Of a stretch of DNA of 64,000 nucleotides, positions 1 through 12,858 are shown one piece after another. The stretch covers positions 1,240,001-1,304,000 of the forward strand of contig NW_027117344.1 of NCBI RefSeq assembly GCF_038025025.1, given 5' to 3'. How positions within the stretch are numbered: the stretch's first letter is position 1; every line of letters begins with the position of its first letter. The translations under genes were made by a program, and so were the position numbers. This stretch comes from Phyllosticta citribraziliensis (lineage: Eukaryota). A model generated the notes under the pieces. It was given only the letters and a program-made list of their open reading frames with translations. It searched no databases and was not told the DNA's origin.

Positions 1-77
1 TTCTCCCGCCTGCACTCCTGCTCGCCTGTCTCGCCTCTATCGCCTCGACGCGCCCTGCTGGCGCGCTCAAATCCACC

Positions 78-814
78 ATGGAGACCATCAAGTCCTTGCT
101 CTGGAAGCCCTCCCCAGAGGAGCAAGTTCGTCCCCCGCCTATCCGCAATCTCAGCTGCTGACTCGACCGCCCCAGAAACGCAAATGCAACGCCCTCGTGC
201 GCTCCAACGTTCGCAAGCTCGACCGCGACATTGTCAATCTCAAGACCGCCGAGCAAAAGGCCAAGAGCTCCATCCTCCAGGCCTCGCGCCGTGCGCAGCG
301 CAACCCGTCCATGGCCAAGCTCGCCGCCGACGAGACGCGAATCTTTGCCCGCGAACTCATCCGCATCCGAAAGCAAAACGCTCGCCTGCAGACGTCCAAG
401 GCCCAGCTGCAGAGCGTGCAGATGCAGGTCAACGAGGCCTTCTCCGTCCGCAAAATCGAGGGCAGCATCCGCGCCAGCACCGGCATCATGAAGGACGTGA
501 ATACCTTGGTGCGCCTGCCTGAGCTGACTGGCACCATGCGCGAGTTGAGCCAGGAGCTGGTCAAGGCCGGCATCATCGAGGAGATGATTGGCGACTCGCT
601 GCCGGACACCGAGCTGTTGGAGGGCGAGGACGAGGAAGCCGAAACCGAGGTCGACAAGGTCCTGAACGAGGTGCTCAAGGACCGTCTGCCCAAGGCCGCG
701 GAGCCCAAGTCGGAGATCGAGATGCCCACGCCGGCAGCCGAAGAGGAGGAGGAAGAGGATCAAGAAGAAATGCTGAGCCAGATGAGAGGCAGGCTCGAGG
801 CTCTGAAGAGCTAA
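78..814 (+). CDS. VPS24: ESCRT-III subunit Vps24 (Snf7 family)
   Basis: ATG at 78 (ccaccATG); intron 126-175 (GTTCGT..CTGAC..CAG); spliced METIKSLLWKPSPEEQ|KRKCNALVRSNVRKLDRDI...MRELSQELVKAGIIEEMIGD...MRGRLEALKS; basic N-half, acidic C-half and MIM-like end typical of Vps24/CHMP3. Confidence 0.92.
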
Positions 815-1865
815 GTCGGCCTCTCTGGGCGTTAAGGTCGACATTTTCATTACGGGTTCGGGTGGCGCACGGCGTTTTGGTGTCACTGGTCATTCCCCTA
901 TGTTGCGCCAATGTTTGGGCAATGTTTACTCCATCATCATAGAGACGTGCGACGCGACATTATGAACGATCTGCATTCTTCCATTATACGTCAAACTCGT
1001 ACAACTTTCGTCCGACCGGTCGCTGCTAGTAGCCGGGACAATCTCAGAGGCCTTGGGACTTGTTCTGCTTTGTTCAAATGCATTGATTGGTGGTGAGGCG
1101 CTACCGATGCAGCTACCAGCGCGTCACATGGGACGCATGCGTGTAGGAGGCCGATGCGGATTTCCAACAGCTCTGGGGACATAGTCTAGCCAGCTACCTT
1201 GTTTACGTTGCGCAACTAGTGACACATCTGGGAATGTCGCCACTAGACGACTCTCGACATCTCAAGCGAACATCATAGCGATCAGCGCTTTTGACGCACG
1301 TGGAGGTGAGAGGATATCGAAAGCTGCCCGAGAGAGGGGTGAGTATTCTGCCCCTCCGCCAGTCACTGAGAAGCCTTCTCTTCCTGTTGTTATCCAGGTC
1401 CTTCTCACAACCAAAAATGATGATAACTAACACAACGACGCGCGGAACTCCAATGTACACGCGGCTATGCCGTCAGATTCTCCTCCGCCAGTGTCCTACC
1501 GGTTTACGTCGAATGGGTTTCAAAAAGAAGCAGCACTCAAAAGGCTACAGAAAGGTGGGGACGAGGATCACGCAGGGATCTAACATGTAAGGAGGACAGC
1601 TAAACCTCGAGCATTAGACAGGCACTATGGCGTGGTCGAGACGGGCAAGAGCGTCCGGAGGAGAAACCCATCCCAACGTCGTCCGCCCTCCTCCCGACAA
1701 GTCGACCAAACAACCCGCATTACTACCGTATGACGATACCTCTCGCTGTTTATCTCTCCTCGTTGATTGCGGCTGCTCAATCTCACGTCTGTCGCTCAGT
1801 GCCTCTGCCATTATTGTTGCTGGATCGTCGGCTTGGCCTCAGATCTGACGGTCGTTCTCGAAACT

Positions 1866-3131
1866 ATGCCTGCGTCTCGCGGACCACGGAGACTCCAACA
1901 GACTCACCCAAAAAGTCCCCTAAGTGAGTCGTAAAAACCGCAAGCACTTTTCCCAAGTTGAACAACGGTGAAGACAGAGAGGGGAAGGCAAACAAATCAA
2001 TTGCAAACGGCGGCTGCGAAACCAAAAGCAACAGTTGCTCTCAGCCTCCCGGACCACCGAACCACCAACAGAATCAACTGAAAAGTCCTCTAAGTGAGTC
2101 GTAAAAGCAGCAAGCACGTTTCTCAAGTTGAACAATGGTGTAGAAATAAAGGGGGCCGCAGCCAAATCGGTTGCAAACCGCGGCTGCGAAACCAAATGCA
2201 ACAGTGGCTCTCAGCCTCCCGGACCACCGAGGCTCCAACAGAATCGACCAAAAAGTCCCATAAGTGAGTCGTGAAAGCAGCAAGCACGTTTCTCAAGTTG
2301 AGCAATGGTGTAGACATAAAGGGGGCCGCAGCCAAATTAGTCGCAAACAGCGGCAGCGAAACCAGAAGCAACAGTGGCCCTCAGCATCCCCAAAACCATA
2401 CACCGCACAACGGCGGCTATGTCTCAGAGCCTTCGAGCTTTTATTTCACCCACCGAGGCATGGGATCGCTTTGTATGGAGAGGGCGAGGCGACGGGTGCG
2501 CCTTTGGATGGAATCCGACTCCGAGACCTGGCTGGTTGACACGAAGTTCTACGTCCCCTCGAACCGCCCAAGCATCGCTCCTCTGATTTAGGAGATCTCC
2601 TTTACCGATCTCAAGACCGGGAAGACCACGCTGTCAACAAAAGTCAACTACAATCATGCCACCGTGGCGGAATTATGGGTCGGGCTCTATAACGAAGATC
2701 CTCCAGAAACAGAGTCTTTCAAGTTCTTTGAGGAGCAATTCCGGACCCATCACGACAGCGAAAGAACGACCGGTATGCGGCCAAGTGAAATCGAGGGCGC
2801 CATACGCCAGGCAGGCTTCCGCTTGCACACCCATCGACTTCTCTCGTGCCGCAGCCGCTTCGACATGACGGCCGTCATCAAGATTCTGGAAAGGGATGAT
2901 CGGATTGTGTCGCCACGTTTTGAACTTGCCGACCTCAACAGTGGAAATTTCGGGTCCGGCTCAGTTCACTGCCTCCTTGAAAATGATCGTGGCAGCATAG
3001 GCTCGAGGCTTAATGCTGCAGAGCTCAATTTGTTTCCAAAGGAGGTGAACTTCGCATATCATGCAGCAAACATGGATGCGCAGGCGGTGTGGCAGTTTCT
3101 TTTCCAGCTGTACGAGGTTTCGAAAAGATGA
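1866..3131 (+). CDS. Orphan hypothetical protein with N-terminal 40-aa exon repeats (4 predicted introns)
   Basis: ATG 1866; removing 50-nt introns 1924-1973, 2094-2143, 2264-2313 and a weaker-donor intron ending at TAG ~2591 gives a continuous frame MPASRGPRRLQQTHPKSPL|NREG...|...WLVDTKFY|EISFTDLKTGK...QLYEVSKR* that joins ORFs 2271-2591 and 2664-3131. Confidence 0.6.
1880..2390 (+). repeat. Tandem repeat, ~3 copies of a 170-bp unit (50-nt intron + 120-nt exon)
   Basis: TAAGTGAGTCGT recurs at 1921, 2091 and 2261 (exact 170 spacing), with conserved CAAGCAC..CAAGTTGA..GCGAAACCA..CAACAGT..CTCAGC blocks. Confidence 0.95.
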
Positions 3132-6100
3132 TGGTTGGGTTGGAAGTGTTGCTTTCCCGCAGGATTTGGACGCAAGCAAATGCAGTCTTGTGTAGGACTT
3201 TGATGGGGAACGCTGCTGTTGGATGGCCTCAGGTGTCAACTCGTTGGAAGTAAAGCTCTTTGCCAAAAGCCAGCGCACGCACACGTACCATTCCAGTGAG
3301 TATACTGACGATATTTGAACGCTCCTTGTCTTCAATCCTCTCTTCTGACTTGCAGCAACGAATGCTCTCCATGCGCACCCTGACGAAGCTTGGACACCCC
3401 CAAGCTGATCCACCGTATTCGCGTATGCCTCCAGCGGCAAGCTTCAGACGATGGAAGGGCGAGCCTTCAGCCATCATGCATGCTGCGAGCGCACACCCTT
3501 CGCACAAAGTTTACTCATTGGGCAGGCTGGACAGACAGGTTTGGGTGGCTGGGGCATGAGAACACGAGCCACACCTCGAACTTTGAACCACACCAAACCC
3601 TATCTTTAGGACCGACAGTCAGAGCAAGACCAGCCAGCTGATCGCCAGGCAAAACAGAGAAGAAGCATTGTCCGCTGAGCCATCGCCATTATTGTGTGCA
3701 GCCAGCCAGCCCGACCACCTTGGTTTCGAAGCAAGAAAAGCAACCTCAGAAACGTGCAGGCAACCCCCCTGTCCGACCCCGCCGACCAACACCTCCGAGC
3801 AATCCGCAAAAGGGTATCTGTGGTCCCACCATCGTCCCTTTGCGTCCCAGCCATCCATCAAGAACTCCGTTGCGCCGGTTGGAGTTGCAGGAGGAGAACA
3901 GAGTTGGAGTCAAATCAGCAGAGGTCTTGTTGACGCACTGTGCAGGCAAGCTCCCATTCTGCTGATCCAATCAATGGGTTGAGAGCGTTTCTAGAAAGTG
4001 TGCGGTCGTAAGGGTCGCGGCCGCGCAGGCGGTCAACGTGGGTCGATTTGCGTCAACGTCAGTGTAGTCTTTGGAACTGATTAGCATGTTGCTGTGGGAG
4101 TCAGCAATCCTCATCAGGGCAATCACTAAGGAGCATTCGCGTGCGATGCGCCAGCCTACCTAGGGTCTGCTGAGGATCAACGCCCCATGGTGGATGTATG
4201 GGAGTCACGGTGGATGGGACGGGGTTTAGAGGGGATCGGCGGAGGTGTGGATGTGCGGAGGAGTGGAGGAGTAAGTTCAACACTGCGAGACGCGTAACGA
4301 GTGCCGAAGTATGATGCCTGAGGCGTAGAAAGAGTTCGATGTTGTCGGCGAAGCAGGTCTCTCGCATTCGCCGCATACGTCCAAATAATCGCGGATCGAG
4401 ACTTCTCGAGCACACCTCATGTCTCGACAGAAGTGTAGCAATGACGTCAGGAATCCTTGTTCTTGGATTACCTTGCGCTTTGGGATGCTCTCAAAGAGGC
4501 GCTCAGTTAACCAAATCGCGGTCGTCGTCAGTGCCGGCCGGATCATATAATGGGCGAAGCAGCGTATGGCGTGCAGGACTGTCGAATGTAAGTGTATGCC
4601 TTGGTTTTGCCTCTCCCTGAGTGATATTTCCATGGCTGACTTCAGTCATGACTGGTCTACCTGATAGGACCTGTTACGATCGCATGCATGTGCTTTGGAT
4701 ATGGTGATCCCCACGCGAAGGAAGACGTTGCTTGTCAATTGCTCCAGCAAATCGAGCAAATTCTGGAGGCGAACTTTTTTTGCCCCAACAGCCGATCCCC
4801 AGAGACCTTGCGCAGTCGGCTCATGTCCTTGTCGTATGTTGTGGAGCACCCGGATACGGAGAGAAAAAGACTCGGGACATCAAACACCACAAACATGGAC
4901 GAGACTCAGAAATCAAGAGGCTGAGACAGAAGAAAAGGAACTGCAGACTCGAGACACGAGCATGATCGTCGCGCCTGATCACCAGCATGGAGAATGAGCA
5001 GACTTGACGGCATCTCCGGTAAAAGGACCGTATCACATCCCTTGCTCTTGCAGTAAACCAGGCCTAGATTTTGGCGACACACCACCGAATCGGAAGATGA
5101 TTCGGCACTAGAATACTGGAGGTTGGACATTTGACTTTCTTGTGCTGCAAGAAGGAATTCGTCGTGGAAACGTCCACAGCGGAATCTGCAGGATACTTAT
5201 CACTGCAGAGACTGCACGGGGCCTTGTATCAAAACGGATATTGCTGCAGCGAGAAGTCTGGACATGATAAGAGCCATCTGCCAGTGAGTATAGATCTCCA
5301 TGACAACATTGATCTGGAATCTAGGCCAAACGCTTAGCGAGCCCGGTGAGCCAATGGACGAGGGAACTGTTAGCCGCAAAAGTTTTGCTCGGGAAGTCAA
5401 AGTAAACAATGACAAGTGACGGAGTCGCAAGCCAAGACTTTGCTCACCACCGTGTCATGGTCCACGAGAGCGGTCCAAGATCGACCGATCAACGAAGAAG
5501 CGCGACAAGCATAGCGGGAAAACTTTACAAGATACCCAACAAATGGAGGATGCTTGGATGGACGTGCCCAACGTCTGGTTGGAGTTGCGGTAACGACACG
5601 CGTGTCAGGACCGTGGCACGCAGGCGGGATTGCCGTGCGGTGGCTGGGAAGAGGGTGGGAGGTGGGCAGGCCGTCCGCTTTGAGAATGCCGCCCATTGAT
5701 CGCCATTGCCCGGCTGCTCTGAACGTGGTATACAGAACTGTCGTGACTGCCACCCCTGCTGGACGGGACGGGTGGAGTATGGGACGGCACAGTCCCGCAA
5801 CTGGCAAGTCCTCGTTTCGCCGCAAGACAAGAAGAACCTCGTCACCTAGCGTTGACACTAGGGAGGGGCCGCTCCAGGAAAGAAAAAATAACACAAGAGT
5901 GACGTGCAGTCTTGGCCAACACACCACTCGACTTGGACGACGATTGTTGTACTGGGTGGTCTGGGGCGAGCAAGACTGGAGCAGTAGTCTGGAGGCTCGG
6001 CGGCGATGATGGCAGGTTCTGATGGAGCCACACTCTTAATGGCTCTAAGCTTGAAATCTTGCAGCATGAGACAGTCATGATGGGCGTGTGGTTGGACTCG

Positions 6101-7088
6101 CCTACCGCGGTTCGTAAACGGGAAGGTCGTGATGGAAAGCTTAAAAGTCATTGTCGAGTACAACGCACCCGGGCAGTTCGTTGTCAAGTCCATCGGATGG
6201 GCCGCTACGCGGCCGAGGTTTCAGTCGGCAGAGCTGGCCGTGAGGTGGTGATGGAAATGCCCCCGATGGCAGGCAGAAGTTGTTGCTATGCCGCGTTTTA
6301 TTTATGGCAACCAGGCGGTGCAGCAAGCCGACGCGAATGGCGACGTCCCATCCCCCGTCTCGGTCCGGACCTGAAGATCGGATGCACAGCGACGGGCCGG
6401 GGTGGTCCCCGTCGCAGACGTGATGCAGCTCATGGCCGGGTTCGCGCTGCACTGGACAGCTCGAGGTCCCCGCTGGACTGGCGACAGCGTCTGCGGGAGG
6501 TTGAACCTTCGACGCAGAGGGAGGCCTCGGCTTGGCGGAGGTCGAACGAGCAACCAAGCTTCGTCGCCGGCCTTCGAATTCGTGGGTGCTCGGGCAGCCG
6601 CTGCGGGGAGGGAGGAGGGAGAAGCCGCACTCGTTTGAGTTGATTGAGTTTGGTGCCAAGTGAGGTGTCCCTGTTACGAGCCGCCGGCGGAGGCTCCCAC
6701 TCCCAACCCGCTCCCCGTACTGACATCCATCCATCCTGGTACCTGCGCTAGGACGACTACCCAACCCAACCAACGTCATCGGATGCCTCTGGGATACGAC
6801 CTGACCTCGCTGTCACCACCTCTTCTGCTGTTCCCTAGTCCTGAAACGTCCTTCCCGCGCGACCTTTGAAACTCAATTCTCAATTGTTTTCGACTTTCTC
6901 CCTGTTTCTTCTGCCAAAATATTTATAGTACCTGCCAGTATATCAAGAGCTCGTGATGCCCAGTTCAAGCTCCAGTGGCCTCCCCATCCGCTGTCCTCCC
7001 AGCGTACCTGATTCCCTCCACATCTGCCTGAACTCTTTCTTCCCCCCCTACTCGAAATCTCTCTCCTCTTTACCTTTGCTTGCCTGCG

Positions 7089-9518
7089 ATGGTCAAGCAA
7101 AGCCTTGTGTCACTGGGGCTGCTTGCCCCAGTGGTCCTCGCTGCCCCCAATTTTGGGCTGTTTGGCGGCGGTGGACATGACCAACAACAAGGTTGCGAAG
7201 GCGGCAACGGATGCGGTGATATGGGTGGCCACGGCCTGCAGAAGCCAGACTTCTTTGGAGGTGACAAGAAGGGTGGATTCGAAATCAGCGGTGAGAAGAA
7301 GGGCGGCCTCGAGTTGCCAAAGCCAGAAAAATTTGGCGGAGGCGAAGAAGAAAAGAAGGGTGGCTTCGAGATTGGCGGAGAGAAAAAGGGCGGCTTCGAA
7401 GTGAGCGGAGAAAAGAAGGGTGGGTTCGATTTTGGCGCTCCTCCTCCGCTTCCGAAGCCCGAGAAAGAGGAGAACAAGGGCGGTTTCGAGTTTGGCGGAG
7501 AGAAGAAGGGTGGACTCGAAATCTCTGGAGGTGTCCCCCCGCCTCTTCCCGCCCCTGCTCCTCTGCCCGAGAAGAGTGGAGAAGTTGAGAGCAAGGGTGG
7601 TCTCGAAATTGGTGGAGGTGGTTTCTTCGGAGGTCTTTCCAAGATTCTCTACGGAGCAAGCGGCAGCGCCTCCCTCGACATTCCTGATTATTGGAACACT
7701 TGCTACGGTCAGCAGTCGCTTCCTTGCGATCTCAGCGACATTGAGTGTAAGTCGTTTGTCCCCAACGTCTTCTGAACCTTCACTGACCTTCTCACAGGCT
7801 GCTGCGGGAATTCTCATGGCGACGTGCTTCCCAAAGTCAGCAAATGCGCCAAAGAGCAGCATGGCGGCTCGGACTTCGATATCTCGGTCTTCATTACGCC
7901 CTTCACCAACGCTTGCCAGAAAGTGAGCAAGCCCATCCCCGAGGAGTGTGTTTCCAGCGCCAAGGAGGTTGTCACCAAGGAGTCTGTCAACGTTCAGCAA
8001 GCTCCTCCTCCTCCGCCTCCTCAGCCTGAGATTATTCCTCCCCCTCCCCCTGTTGAGGAGAAAGCTCCCCCGCCACCACCGCCAATTGAGATTCCGCCCC
8101 CCGTTGTAGAGAAGCAACCTCCTCCGGTAATTAATGTGCCTCCACCACCGCCGCCGCCCGAGCAAAAGCCTCCTATCGTCAACGTTCCTGAGCAAAAGCC
8201 TCCGGTCGTGAACGTCACGCCGCCATCTCCCCCTGAGGAGAAACCTCCCGTCATCAACGTCCCGGAGCAAAAGCCCCCAGTTGTTAACGTTACCCCGCCG
8301 CCTCCTCCTGAGGAGAAGCCTCCCGTTATCAATGTTCCTGAACAAAAGGCCCCGGTCGTCAACGTTCCTGAGCAAAAGCCGCCCGTCGTGAACGTCCCCC
8401 CGCCCGTTGTCAACGTCCCTGAGCAAAAACCGCCTGTTGTCAACGTCCCGGAGCAAAAGGCCCCCGTCGTGAACATTCCTCCGCCGCCGCCTGCTCCTGA
8501 GCAGAAGCCCCCGGTCATTAACGTCACTCCGCCGCCGCCTCCCCCTGAGGAGAAGCCTTCGCCCCCTGTTATCGTCCCGGCTCCCCCGATTAACAACAAC
8601 AACGAGAACAACAATACGCAGAATCAGAACGTCAATGTCAACGTTCCAGCGCCACCCCCGCCGGCCCCACCTGTCATCGTCGAGAAGGAGAAAGAAAAGC
8701 CTGCGCCGCCGCCGCCGCCTCCAACTGTGATTGAGAAGCCCGCTCCCCCGCCGCCACCGCCCGTAATAATCAACAACACGGTCAACAACACCATTGAGAC
8801 GCCCCCGCCTGCGCCCCCCGTGATCGTCCCTGCTCCCGCTCCTGAGAAGCAGCCGCCGCCACCAATTGTCATCGAGAAGGAAAAGCAGGCTCCTCCGCCA
8901 GCTGCTCCACCGCCAATTGTCATCGAGAAGGAGAAAGAAGCCCCACAAGCTCCTCCGCCTCCTCCAGCTGCCCCAGTTGTTGTGCCCGAAGTAAAGCAGC
9001 CTCCACCTCCTCCAGCCGCGCCAGTTGTTGTCCCGGCTGTTGCTGGCGGCCAGGCCGCTCCCCCGCCCCCAGTTCAGAAGTCTTGCGGAGAGCTGGGAAC
9101 TTGCCCTCCCGTCGAGGTCCAAAAGACTTGCCACGAGCTGGGAACTTGCCCTCCTCCTCAGCCCCCGCCAGTCCCAGCCATTGTTCCCGCTGTTGCTGGC
9201 GGCCAGGCTGGTCCCGTTGCGCCCCCTGTCCCCCCTGTGGCGCCCGCAGCCCCCGTTGCACCAGTTGGCACTCCTGGCCCCGCCCCTCCGCCAGCGCCTT
9301 TGACTCCAGTCATCCCCATTGTTCCGGGCGTGACGGGCACGGCTCCGCCTCCCATCAGCACTCCAATCAACACCACGACTCCTGTGCAGACGCCCGTGGC
9401 TACGCCACCTGTACAGAACACTCCCGCGCCCACTCCCACCGAGTTCAAGGGCGCTGGATCAGCCCCGACGGCTTCTTGGACGCTTGTCCTTTTCGGCTTT
9501 GTCATCGCTCTCTTGTAA
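7089..9518 (+). CDS. Pro-rich GPI-anchored cell-wall protein with degenerate CFEM-like domain
   Basis: Signal peptide MVKQSLVSLGLLAPVVLA; ~8 GEKKGGFE-type repeats; intron 7747-7797 (GTAAGT..CTGAC..CAG) joins PCDLSDIEC|CCGNSHGDVLPKVSKC; extensin-like PEQKPPVVNV repeats; C-terminal EFKGAGSAPTASWTLVLFGFVIALL GPI-type signal. Confidence 0.88.
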
Positions 9519-10912
9519 TGAGCATAATTATTTCTCATATCTGTCAAGAATTCGTTTCGTCGACACAAGACACTTCACCTGATCTTTACACATGCACACT
9601 CACCGACCACATATTTCCTACCATCTCTGTCAAATCTCCTTTTTTTGATATTGCTGTTACCATCAGCAGGGTGTTTCCAGGATTTCCTACCATATCTGTC
9701 CTTAATGATTAATGGTTCCTACCCTTGATGGACGTCATCTCTCTACTACTATCCACTACACTGACCCAACTGGTCATTGCTTTTATCGTTGGTTGGCGGA
9801 TGGATGAGCAGAACGGATTGGATATAATACCCCCTTACCTCTTTACCCTATTGATGGAAAGTCGCGGAGAGAGAAGAGGCGCGGAGAGATTGAAAAAGTT
9901 TGGAAAGCAAGACGCCTGCTCGGGTCAGGCATACACCATCAACCAGTCATGTCTATATAATCGGATGATTCAGATTTCCTACTCTTGTCTCAGTCAGTCA
10001 GTGGTCGACGCTTTGTGGGAGCAGTCAGATGGCTCACAATGAATAATAATGTTCATGATACTTCATCAACTCGGGCTTCCGCACTTGCTCAGTGAAGTTT
10101 AGTGTGACCGAAGCTGTGAGTTGGCAGTTAGAAAGTGACTAGTGGCCATGGCGCAGACAACAGCAAATGCGGAGTGACCAAGGAGCATCCGGGCCAGTTC
10201 CCTGTCAAAGCTTGACGAACTATCACTGAGACGGATGAGGAGCATTCAAGCGTTCGGGAAGAATCGAAATGGGGAAATTCCAATGGGGAGTTTTCAGCTC
10301 GTGGGCTGTGTGTGGTCAAGGAGCGTTCGAACACAGCGAGTCCCCTTCCTGAAGTGTGGCTATGGACACTCGCCTCGTATGTGGGAATTATCGTCCTGTT
10401 TATGAGCCTTGGGAATTAAAGACCTTGGTCTCGCTGGCGACGACTAACTTACTGTGGCAGATGCCACGAACCTTGGCTAGCCTCGCCAACAATCATAATC
10501 AAAGTTCTTTTCCTCATCTGGAGGGCAGTGCAAGCTAGGCGGTGCAAAGCTCGCTACCAGACAACAAAGCCGTGGTGATGTACGAAAAGCAGCGGCGCAG
10601 TTTTGAATCACGAAAACCGCTTCTGTGGTGCGATCGGTCCATCGAGAAAGATCTCGATCCCGCCACCAAAGAAGCTGTGACTACGGCTCATCCCGTCCGC
10701 TTCTGCATCACCAGGCAAGCAAGCGTCGATCAGATCTGCGACCAGGTCAGCGGCGTCACAAACGCCCGGGCAAGCAAAACGCAACGGCCCGACGAATCTA
10801 AAGGCTTCGAATCAACGTCGTGTTTTGAAAATAAGCTCGCATTCCCGTGGGAGGCTCTATACAACATTCGCTTTTATGCAAATCGTCAAATCTAGATACC
10901 AAGTCTTCCTTC

Positions 10913-11725
10913 TTAGACGTTGATCAAGCCCTTGTCTTGCAGGTACTTTGTGATTTGAGCGACGGCTTGCTCGACCGGGGTCTCGACGCTCTTGATCAAG
11001 ATCTCCGGGTTCTCGGGCTCGTCGTAGGGAGCCGAGATGCCGGTAAACTCGGGAATGACGCCGGCGCGGGCCTTCTTGTACAGGCCCTTGGGGTCGCGCT
11101 TCTCGGCGTCCTCGACCGCAATCTGGACGTAGACCTCGATGAAGGGGATGGCCTCGTCTTCGGCAGACTGCGAGGCGGCGTGCAGGTCGCGCGCGGATTG
11201 GCGGTCGGCCTTGTAGGGGGAGATGAAGGAGGTGATGGCAATGGTGGAGGAGTCGGCGAAGAGCTTGGCAACCTGCAAAGGATCAATCTTTGTTTGGTCT
11301 CGTCCCCGGAGAGGGGTCTAGCGCAGCCGTGGGTGCCGTGCTCCTTCTCGCGATGGTGTCCATACCTCTCCTATCCTGCGAATATTCTCATTCCTGTCCT
11401 TCTCCGAGAAGCCAAGGTCCTTGTTGAGGCCGAAGCGGACGTTGTCGCCGTCGAGGCGGTAGGCGGCGAGGCCGAGGTGGAGCAGGTGCTGCTCGAGAGC
11501 GGTAGCAATGGTGGACTTGCCAGAGGCAGAGAGACCGGTGAACCAGATGGTGAAGCCCTTTTGCTTGCGGAACTCGTTGCGCTCCTTGCGCGTAAGACCG
11601 GGGTGCCAGGTGATGTTGCTGTGAGAGCTCAGTCTCTCAATGCCAGAGATGAAAGAAGATGGGTTTGTCTGGTGCTGGAAAACGCAAACATCGGATTTTG
11701 AAGGAAAGCGCACCTACGTTGCCAT
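10913..11725 (-). CDS. MET14: Adenylylsulfate (APS) kinase
   Basis: [16 protein letters not shown]...[16 protein letters not shown] (P-loop)...[18 protein letters not shown]...[21 protein letters not shown]; introns 11717-11619 and 11365-11273. Confidence 0.96.
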
Positions 11726-12491
11726 GGTGTTGGATATGAGTAATGGATGGGGAGTGAGGAGACAGGGCAAGGTCGTGGAAGAGGACAATTGATGTTCTCT
11801 CAGGAGTCAATGCCAGCAAGAGGGTCGGTCCGGGGCGCTGGAGATTTTATTAGCGTCGACGTGGTGCCCTCGCACGCCTTGTTCCAACGCGCGGCACGAC
11901 ACAGGGCTGAAACGCAACACCCTGGCCTTCTATGCGCTCCATTATCGCGTCATTCATCAGCGGTCTTTGTCGCCCTCTTTCAACACCATCAAGAGGCTTC
12001 TACAACAGCGCACACATGCCAGAGCTACCTCTTCTCATACCACCACCGGCGGGCGAGGTGGGGTACGCTCTATCGATAACACCAGGCCTGTGCAGATCGC
12101 AACTCGGAGTTGGTCGACCTCCCGTTTATCCCAGACTCCTCTCCTCCGACTTTTTGATTTCAGTCACTGGAGCTTTCCCTATCCTCTCTGCCTCCAATGC
12201 TCACGACCATTGGTCATTTGGTGTGCAACGGAATCCCTTGACAGCAGTGGTATTTCCAATGATCAAAACAAATCCGAGTTCAGACGAGGCCTTAGATTTG
12301 CTGGCTCAACATTCGCGCACCATGTAAAGTCGAAGCTGAGGCATGTCGATGCCGTTCCAGCTTGTAACAGCCTGGTCGAGAAACTCCGAAAATCTCACAG
12401 TTCGAGCCTTTCCAAGCGATACCGTCTCAACCTTCTCCTGGCGCAATAATTTCACGTCCAGGGTGGTGTATCAGAATGGAAATTCAGAAGC

Positions 12492-12858
12492 TCATATGTA
12501 GCGAAACATGTTGTTCCGGACGCTCCTCTTCATAGCAGTCGGCTCTCCATTCTCGTACTCGACCCCGGCTTCACCACCGTCGCCTGCAATGCCGGCCATC
12601 TTCTTCTTCAGCTCTTCGTCTTTCTCCGCTTGAGTTTGGCCCGTTTTGTGCTTGGACTGCTGTCCGTCCTGTTTTAAAGAAGATTAGGGTCGTGGGCAGT
12701 GTAAAATCAAGCAGTGATGAAGCTACCTTGGTAGATTTGGCAGTTTCTGCTTCCTCAGGCTTGGACTTTGTGTCAGAGGAGGCAAGTCGGAGCGTTTGAT
12801 GGCGTCCAGTAAAAGCCTTGCCATATACCCTCACTGCTGCCGGTAATCTGAGTATCAT
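12492..12858 (-). CDS. Small uncharacterised fungal protein (~102 aa), probable mitochondrial presequence
   Basis: ATG 12858; intron 12726-12669 (GTAGCT..CTAAT..CAG); MILRLPAAVRVYGKAFTGRHQTLRLASS...K|DGQQSKHKTGQTQAEKDEELKKKMAGIAGDGGEAGVEYENGEPTAMKRSVRNNMFRYI*; Arg-rich acid-free N-terminus; the C-terminus resembles a conserved small ascomycete protein family as I recall it. Confidence 0.8.

Noticed and set aside
1880..2390. CRISPR-like or LTR interpretation of the 170-bp repeat
   Set aside because: Eukaryotic context, whole units are homologous (no unique spacers), and the exon/intron structure explains it
3200..6900. Many 60-210 aa ORFs, including a protein-like stretch at ~4690-5340
   Set aside because: No recognisable domain, frequent stops and no consistent splice model; could be a decayed gene but not supportable
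7110..9134. 674-aa minus-strand ORF and other long antisense ORFs over the Pro-rich gene, ligase, CPS1 and SSD1
   Set aside because: Shadow ORFs caused by GC-rich, repetitive or biased codon usage on the real coding strand
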